The translations under genes were made by a program, and so were the position numbers. Shown here one piece after another: positions 57,420 through 64,000 of a DNA stretch of 64,000 bases. Every line of letters starts with the position of its first letter. Position 1 is the stretch's first letter. This DNA comes from an uncultured Acidobacteriota bacterium (GTDB lineage: Bacteria > Acidobacteriota > Vicinamibacteria > Vicinamibacterales > SCN-69-37): positions 48,509 to 112,508 of the forward strand of contig CAWKHL010000004.1 in NCBI GenBank assembly GCA_963849525.1, given 5' to 3'. Below the pieces are notes generated by a model, which was not told the origin of the DNA, ran no database searches, and saw nothing but the letters and a program-made list of their open reading frames with translations.

Positions 57420-59063
57420 ATGTCTGGAAGGATGATGCGAATGGGCGCCTGGCTGGTGGGCCTGGCCGCGTTGGCCGTGGGCGTTGGGCCGCTGGTGCGT
57501 GCGGCCGGTCAAGGCGGCGCGGCCAAGAAGACGGCCGACCTGCCGCAGATTGTCATGATGACGTCGCAGCAGGATCACGATCGGCAGATGAAGATTCTGG
57601 GAATCACCGAGTTTCCCCAGGGGCCAAACGCGTACCAGGCGTCGACCTACGACGAGGCGGCCGCCAATCCGTATCCGAAGCTGCCCGATCCGCTCGTGAT
57701 GAACGACGGCACGAAGGTCACGACGCCGGCGCAATGGAAGCGGCGCCGCGCCGAGATCAAGGCGGCGATGGAAGAAGACGTGTACGGCAAGATGCCGGCG
57801 CACACACCGGCCGTGAAGTGGCAGGTCGTGAGCGTGGCGCACGGGCTGCCGATGAGCACGCCGTTCTTCGGTCGGGGCGAGCCGACGCCGGTGAGCGACG
57901 TGCCGGTCATCACGAAGCAGCTCGTCGGGCATGTCGACAACTCGTCCTACCCGCTCATCACCGTCAACATCGGTCTGACACTCGTGACGCCGGCGAGCGC
58001 GACGGGGCCCGTGCCCATCATCATGCAGTTCGGCAGCGGCGGCCCGAGCCCGATGCCGGAGAACCCGACGCCGAATCCGTGCGCGCCGCCTCCGGGCGCC
58101 GCCGCGCGCGGCCGAGGCCCCGCGCGCGGCGCGCTGCCGGCTCGGGCCGGCGGGGCCGCCCGCGGGGCGGCGGGTCGCGCGGCCGGGATTCCCGGCGCCG
58201 GGCGCGGTCCCGCCGGCCCGAACTGGCAGGCCCAGTTGCTCGCGAAGGGCTGGGGCTACGCCATGCTCAACACGTCGAGCATCCAGGCCGATGCCGGGTG
58301 CGGGCTGACCGTTGGCATCATCGGCCTCGTCAACAAGGGCCAGCCGCGCAAGATGGACGATTGGGGCAGCCTACGGGCGCTCGCCTGGGGCGCCGACCGC
58401 GCCATGGACTACTTCGAGAGCGACAAGGCCGTCGACGCCAAGCACGTCGGCGTCGAGGGCCACTCCCGTTGGGGGAAGGCGACGCTCGTCACGATGGCGT
58501 TCGATGAGCGCTTCGCCATCGGGTACGTGAGTTCGTCGGGTGAGGGCGGCGCCAAGCTCAACCGCCGCAAGTTTGGCGAGCTCATCGAGAATCTCAATGC
58601 GACGAACGAGTACCACTGGATGGCGGGCAACTTCATGAAGTACGGCGGCCACTGGGACGCGCTGCCCGTCGATTCGCACGAGCTCATCGCGATGGTCGCG
58701 CCGCGGCCGCTGTTCCTCAGCGCGGGCAGCGGGCCGCTCACCAACCCGGATGGCTCGTACCAGATGCTCAAGGACGGCGACCCGCGCTGCCAGCCGTCGC
58801 GCGGGCCCTGCGACACGCAGCCGGTGAACATCATGGACGCCTGGGTCGACGCCAAGGGCACGTTCCTCGCTGGCGTCGGCGCGGGGCCGGTCTATCGGCT
58901 GCTCGGCAAGAAGGACCTCGGCACGACCGAGTTCCCGAAGATGGAGACCGGCCTCCTGGACGGCGACCTCGCGTTCCGGCAGCACGCGGGACCGCACACC
59001 GACGCGCCCAACTGGCCGTATTTCATCGAGTTTGCCGACCGCGAATTCAAGACGATGAAATAG
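57420..59063 (+). CDS. Secreted carbohydrate esterase family 15-like (glucuronoyl esterase-like) alpha/beta hydrolase
   Basis: ATG 57420 with signal-like MSGRMMRMGAWLVGLAALAVGVGPLVRAAG. Nucleophile motif GVEGHSRWGKATL (GxSRxGK, as in CE15). Confidence 0.6.
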   Translation: MSGRMMRMGAWLVGLAALAVGVGPLVRAAGQGGAAKKTADLPQIVMMTSQQDHDRQMKILGITEFPQGPNAYQASTYDEAAANPYPKLPDPLVMNDGTKVTTPAQWKRRRAEIKAAMEEDVYGKMPAHTPAVKWQVVSVAHGLPMSTPFFGRGEPTPVSDVPVITKQLVGHVDNSSYPLITVNIGLTLVTPASATGPVPIIMQFGSGGPSPMPENPTPNPCAPPPGAAARGRGPARGALPARAGGAARGAAGRAAGIPGAGRGPAGPNWQAQLLAKGWGYAMLNTSSIQADAGCGLTVGIIGLVNKGQPRKMDDWGSLRALAWGADRAMDYFESDKAVDAKHVGVEGHSRWGKATLVTMAFDERFAIGYVSSSGEGGAKLNRRKFGELIENLNATNEYHWMAGNFMKYGGHWDALPVDSHELIAMVAPRPLFLSAGSGPLTNPDGSYQMLKDGDPRCQPSRGPCDTQPVNIMDAWVDAKGTFLAGVGAGPVYRLLGKKDLGTTEFPKMETGLLDGDLAFRQHAGPHTDAPNWPYFIEFADREFKTMK

Positions 59064-59243
59064 GCAGCCCGCGGACGCGAAGCGCCGCGGCCAGCCCGGA
59101 AGGGCGCCGCGCGAAGCGCGTTGAGGCGTGGGGGTGGGGCCCCACGCCATTGAGATAAGAACAGCCCGCGGACGCGACCGCCGTCGCCAAGGCGTCGGCG
59201 AGTCCGCCGAAGCTTCAGCGGAGGCGGAAGCGCCGCGGGCAGC
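59064..59243. repeat. Solo copy of the GC-rich ~95-bp repeat family plus further GC-rich hairpins
   Basis: cccgcggacgcgaagcgccgcggccagcccggaagggcgccgcgcgaagcgcgttgaggcgtgggggtggggccccacgcc matches the 42794-43410 unit. Lies between convergent genes. Confidence 0.8.
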
Positions 59244-61391
59244 CTAGCGCGCGGGCGCGGCCGGCGGCAGCCGTTGGAGCCCGCTGCGGGCGAGCGCATT
59301 GGCCGGGTCGATCTCGAGCGCGCGCTGGAATTCCTGGCGCGCACCGTCGAACCTGCCCGCCGTCGCGAGCACCTCGCCCATGAGCTCGTGGGCGGCCGCG
59401 TCGTTTGGCGCGATCGTTTCGGCCTCCTGGGCTTGGGCGCCGGCCTGTTCGACGTCGCCGGTCGAGAGCAGGGCCCGGCCCAGGTTGCGTCGATAGGCCG
59501 GGTTCTGCGGCACGATCTCCTCGGCGTGACCGAAGGCGGCGACGGCATCCGATCCGTTGCCGGTGCCGACGAGCGCGATCCCCAGCCCCGTCCACGCGCC
59601 GTCATCGTCCGGGTGCGCCGCCAGGTAGCGTTGGTAGTGGGGCACCGCGGCCGCGAGCGTGCCCTGCCGCGCGAGCGCGGTCGCCAGCAGGCCGTGGACG
59701 ACGGCGTCGTCAGGCGCCGTGTTGAGAATCGTCTGGTACTCGTCGGCGGCCCGCGACCAGGCTTGTGTCGCCTCGAAGGCCTGCGCCATGGTGATGCGCG
59801 CGTCGCGAAGCCACGGGCCAGGCGACTGCTGGCGAATGAGTTGCTGCAGCAGCGGAATCGCCTGGTCCGCCTCGTGCTGGGCAATGAGCTCCAGACAGAG
59901 ATTGAGTACCGCCGGGGGTAGTCTCGCGCAGCGACTCTCAAATGCTCGGTTCCCGCGACCTCCTGCTTCTCGGCGAGGAGCGCGGTGCCCAGCATGTTCT
60001 CGGCGATCGCGCTCGGCCAGCGCGCGGCCGTCACGCGCGCCATCGTCAGGTACCGACGCGTACTCGCGGCCGCGCAGGACGGTGCGCGTTGCGAGGGCGC
60101 CCGCCGCCGCGAGGAGGGCGCAGGCGGCGATGGCCGTCCACAAAGGCGTCGTCGGACGCGTGAGGTCCGCCCGTCCGTCTCCCGTTATCCGCACCCATGC
60201 GAGAACAAGGACCACGACCAGCAGCACGATGAAGCCCGCGAGCGGCAGATACATACGGCTCTCGGCGCCAACATGCGCCGGCCACGGGATGAGCGTGGAC
60301 GATGGCACGAGCGTGAGGAGGATCCAGGCGGCCGGGAAGCCGAATCGCGGGCGTCGCACCGCCAGGAGGACCGCCGCGGCGGCCCCCACCGCGAGGCACG
60401 CGGCGTACGGCCAGACCGTCGCGAACGCCACCTGGCGGGCCCAGCCGTAATCGAGCACGAGTCCGCGCGGCCAGATGGTGAGCCACAGATAGTGCGGCAG
60501 GATCACCGCCTGGTTCAGCAGGTAGGTCCATGGAGAGATGTGCGGCATCTCGAACCCGCCCGCGGTGGTCTGCGCCGCGAAGGCCGGAATCGTGAGCAGC
60601 ACCAGCCAGGTGGCCGCCAGGCCGGCATAGAGGCGCCAGCGGCTCCGAATGGCGGCGCGCGGCGAGTCGAAGAGAAACGCGCGGTCGTACAGAACGACCA
60701 TCAGGGGCGCCGTAACCATGGCCGGGTCCGAAGCCATGCCGCACGCGGACACGACGACCGCGCCAATCTGCCAGAGCGCGGGGCGGCGCGATTGCGGCGC
60801 TCGCGCGCACGCGTACATCACCCCCAGATAGCAGAGCGCCATCAATGCCATCGGCCGCTCGGTGACGGAGTTGACCACGACGCTGTTCAACGGGTGGACG
60901 ACCCACAACAGCGAGGCGGCCAGCGCGATGTCGGTCGATCGCGGCGCGAGCCGCGCGTCGATCGCGGGCCACTCCAGGGTGCGCCGGATCAGACCGAACA
61001 GCAGGAGCGCACAGGCGAGGTGGAGCGCGATGTCGAGGGCGTGGTAGCCGCCGACCCCCAGGCCGCCGAGTGCATAGTTGACAGCCAGCGACACATTGGC
61101 CAGCGGGTGGCCGGCCAGCGGCGAGCCCGGGCGGCTGGCGAACATGGCGCCGACGTTTCCGAGGTCGCGGATCTGCGCGTTCTGGACGACCGTATCGAGG
61201 TCGTCGAAAATGAACGGCCGCCCGATCGTGCTGCTGTAGGTCAGCGCGCCCGCGATGACGATCGCGGCAAGGCGCCACCAGAGTCCTCGCCATGGGGTGG
61301 AGGCGGGCGGCTCGCTTCCCTGGACGCGGCGACCGGTGCGACGGGGGGAGGGGCGACTGCGGCGGGGGACGGCACGCGTGGACGCCGGCAT
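59244..61391 (-). pseudogene. TMTC/PMT-like GT-C membrane glycosyltransferase with C-terminal TPR domain; +1 then -1 (or +2) frame breaks 140 nt apart
   Basis: N-terminus ..RPFIFDDLDTVVQNAQI.. (DD motif of TMTC/PMT type) with about 11 TM segments. Between 60053 and about 59915 the sensible peptide YLTMARVTAARWPSAIAENMLGTALLAEKQEVAGTEHLRVAARDYPR is in the neighbouring frame. TPR units follow. Confidence 0.75.
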
Positions 61392-61634
61392 GGGAACAGC
61401 CGATGATACGTCCTCGAGGTGGCGAGGGCACGCAAACGGCAGGGGTGCGGTAAACTAACACCCCTCGACACGCGTAGGATGATGCAGGATGGGTTCCGGC
61501 GCTCCGGGAGGCCGGGATCGCTCAAGACTCGATTACCGTATTCCGGTATCACTCACCTCCCAAACAACCATTCTCGAACTGTGTGCAATTTCGCATGGTC
61601 CACCTGCGTTACCAAGATATAGGATTCGCGCGCT

Positions 61635-64000
61635 ATGACTGACGACGTCAAGACCGGTACGGGCGGCCTCGATACTTCACGGCAGTATCTCCCGCTGCTA
61701 TTGCTGCTGTTCGTTGGCAGCGGATGCGCGGCCCTCATCTACGAGATCGTCTGGCTGCAGTTGCTCCAGCTGGTCATCGGCGTGTCGCCGGTCTCGCTCG
61801 GCGTGCTGCTTGGCACGTTCATGGGGGGCATGTGCCTGGGCAGCTTGCTGCTGCCGCGGCTCGTGTCGGGTCGGCACCATCCGCTTCGCGTCTACGCCTG
61901 GCTCGAGCTGGCCACGGGCGCGTGTGGGCTGCTGATCCTCTTCGGGATGCCGTTCGTCACCCTGGTCTACACGACCTGGGGCGGATCGAGCTTCAGCCTG
62001 TTCCTCCGCTGTCTGCTGGCCAGCCTGTGTCTGCTGCCGCCGACGCTCTGCATGGGCGCCACGCTGCCCGCCATGTCACGCTGGGTCAAGACGACGCCCG
62101 CGGGCGTCTCGTGGCTCGGGTTCTTCTACGGCGGCAACATCTTCGGCGCCGTGGCCGGCAGTCTGGTCGCGGGGTTCTACTTGCTGCGGGTCTTCGACGT
62201 GTCGGTGGCGACCTACGCGGCGCTGGGACTCAACGTGCTGGTCGCGGCGGTTGCGCTCGGCATTGCCAAAGCGACGTCGCACGCGAGGGAGGCCGAGGCG
62301 CCGGCGTCGGCCGTGCGGTCGCCAGGTGCCGCGGCCGTCTACCTGACCATCGCGCTCTCGGGATTGACGGCGCTCGCGGCTGAAGTGATCTGGACGCGGA
62401 TCCTGTCGCTCGTGTTCGGGGCGACCGTGTACACCTTCTCGCTCATCCTCGCCGTGTTCCTCGTCGGCCTCGGCATCGGCAGCAGCATTGGCGCGATGAT
62501 GTCCCGCGAGCTCAAGCGGCCGGGCGTGGCGCTCGGGTGGTGTCAGATGCTGCTCTGCGCCGCGATGGCGTGGGCGGCCTACATGCTCACCCAGTCGCTG
62601 CCGTACTGGCCCATCAATCCGTCGATCTCCACCGATCCGTGGTTCAACTTCCAGCTCGACATCGTGCGCTGTCTCTGGGTCGTGCTGCCGGCTGCCATCC
62701 TGTGGGGCGCGAGTTTTCCGCTCGCGCTCGCGGCCGTGGCGGCCGAAGGGCAGGACCCGGCCCGCCTCGTGGGCGGCGTCTACGCCGCGAACACGGTCGG
62801 CGCGATCGCCGGCTCGCTCGTGGCCAGTCTGCTGCTCGTCTGGTGGATCGGCAGCCAGCACGCCCAGCAAGTGCTCATCGTCGTCTCGGCGCTGAGCGGC
62901 CTGCTGATACTGGCGCCGGCCGTGGCGGGCGGCGAGAAGGCGCACGCGAAGGTCCAGTGGGCGGGGGTCGCCGCCCTGGTCGTCGCCACGGGCGGCGCGG
63001 GCCTGCTCGCGCGGGGCGTGCAGCCGGTGCCCGGGCTCTTGATCGCGTACGGCCGGTACTCGGCGACGTGGGTGGGCCAGAGCAAGATCATCTATTCGGG
63101 TGAAGGGATGAACGCGTCGGTCGCCGTCTCGGAACTGCCGAATGGCGTGCGCAACTACCACAACGCCGGCAAGGTGCAGGCGTCGAGCGAGCCGCAGGAC
63201 ATGCGGCTCCAGCGGATGCTGGGCCACGCGACGACGCTCCTGTCCGACCACCCCGATAACATCGTGGTCATCGGCTGCGGCGCCGGCGTGACGGCCGGGG
63301 CCGTGTCGATCGATCCGCGATTGAAGCACGAGACGATCGCCGAGATCGAGCGGCTTGTGCCCTGGACGGTCAACAAGTACTTCGGTCCCTGGAACTTCAA
63401 CGTCATCGAGAACCCGAAGGTCGAGGTGCATATCGACGACGCCCGGCATTTCATTCTGACGACGCGTGAACAGTTCGACGCGCTGACGTCCGACCCGTTG
63501 GACCCCTGGGTCAAAGGCGCGGCCGCGCTCTACACGCAGGAGTTCTTTCGGTCGGTCAAGGATCACCTGACCTCGGGCGGTCTCGTCACGCTCTTCGTTC
63601 AGCTCTACGAGAGCAACCCGGCAGCCGTGAAGAGCGAGATCGCAACCTTCTTCAGCGTGTTTCCCCACGGCTTCATCCTCGCCAATACGCAGAACGGCCA
63701 GGGCTACGACCTCGTCCTGGTTGGCCCGAAGGAGGAGCGGCGCTTCAACGTCGACCTGATCGAACAGCGGCTGAAGAGCCCCGAATACGCCGCGGTCGCG
63801 CACTCGCTGAGCGAGGTCGGCATCTATTCGGCGACGGACCTCTTCGCGAACTTCGCCGGGCAGCCGTCCGACATGGGCGACTACCTCAAGGACGCGATGA
63901 TCAACCACGACGACAACCTGCGCCTGCAGTACCTGGCCGGGATGGGCTTGAACCTGTACGAGAGCGACTCGATCTATCGCGATATCGTCGTCCATGCGAA
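61635..64000 (+). CDS. Fused polytopic membrane domain + spermidine-synthase-like (class I MTase fold) protein, 3' end outside window
   Basis: Not in the ORF track because it has no stop in the window. I translated ATG 61635 through 64000 without meeting a stop. MTDDVKTG..LLLLLFVGSGCAALIYEIVWLQLL..VVIGCGAGVTAGA..DALTSDPLDPWVKGAAALYTQEFF.. Confidence 0.8.
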   Translation, partial: MTDDVKTGTGGLDTSRQYLPLLLLLFVGSGCAALIYEIVWLQLLQLVIGVSPVSLGVLLGTFMGGMCLGSLLLPRLVSGRHHPLRVYAWLELATGACGLLILFGMPFVTLVYTTWGGSSFSLFLRCLLASLCLLPPTLCMGATLPAMSRWVKTTPAGVSWLGFFYGGNIFGAVAGSLVAGFYLLRVFDVSVATYAALGLNVLVAAVALGIAKATSHAREAEAPASAVRSPGAAAVYLTIALSGLTALAAEVIWTRILSLVFGATVYTFSLILAVFLVGLGIGSSIGAMMSRELKRPGVALGWCQMLLCAAMAWAAYMLTQSLPYWPINPSISTDPWFNFQLDIVRCLWVVLPAAILWGASFPLALAAVAAEGQDPARLVGGVYAANTVGAIAGSLVASLLLVWWIGSQHAQQVLIVVSALSGLLILAPAVAGGEKAHAKVQWAGVAALVVATGGAGLLARGVQPVPGLLIAYGRYSATWVGQSKIIYSGEGMNASVAVSELPNGVRNYHNAGKVQASSEPQDMRLQRMLGHATTLLSDHPDNIVVIGCGAGVTAGAVSIDPRLKHETIAEIERLVPWTVNKYFGPWNFNVIENPKVEVHIDDARHFILTTREQFDALTSDPLDPWVKGAAALYTQEFFRSVKDHLTSGGLVTLFVQLYESNPAAVKSEIATFFSVFPHGFILANTQNGQGYDLVLVGPKEERRFNVDLIEQRLKSPEYAAVAHSLSEVGIYSATDLFANFAGQPSDMGDYLKDAMINHDDNLRLQYLAGMGLNLYESDSIYRDIVVHA

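Overview
This is a visibly high-GC bacterial chromosomal segment (GC not computed). LPS-core genes indicate a Gram-negative type. The phylum cannot be fixed without a database search; gene content would fit an Acidobacteriota- or Gemmatimonadota-like lineage.

Content is almost entirely housekeeping:
- (i) Complex I genes: nuoD (partial)-E-F-H-J-K-L-M-N.
- (ii) A cold-shock gene and purH.
- (iii) A cell-envelope block: two ArnT/PMT-like GT-C glycosyltransferases, heptose-7-phosphate kinase, an O-antigen-ligase-like gene, a heptosyltransferase and Trm112.
- (iv) TPR protein, LolB-like lipoprotein, ispE, tRNA-Gln, prs, rplY, pth, rpsF, rpsR, rplI, dnaB, alr.
- (v) radA, yacL-like, plsC, B3/B4-domain protein, ispDF, gltX, rlmB.
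- (vi) tRNA Thr-Tyr-Gly-Thr, tuf, rpmG, tRNA-Trp, secE, nusG, rplKAJL, rpoB, rpoC.
- (vii) A short accessory stretch: GNAT, VOC-methyltransferase fusion, PH-domain protein, CE15-like esterase, TMTC-like TPR glycosyltransferase, and a fused membrane/spermidine-synthase-like protein that runs off the 3' edge.

I saw no transposase, integrase, CRISPR array, rRNA or recognisable defence system.

Two things stand out:
1. I count 25 single-base-scale frame disruptions in otherwise perfectly conserved genes. Of these, 22 are net +1, and 17 are packed into 48.8-54.7 kb (rpoB 3' part plus rpoC). The most likely cause is insertion-type consensus errors, but the directionality and clustering deserve verification.
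2. Nearly every intergenic space is filled with unusual repeats. These include locus-specific 7- or 8-nt tandem arrays, usually as inverted pairs that would fold into long hairpins. There is also a GC-rich ~95-bp repeat family, once as a 6.5-copy tandem between nusG and rplK. A 136-nt branched palindrome follows nuoN. A four-helix-bundle (23S-rRNA-IVS-type) gene is bracketed by 34-nt inverted repeats.
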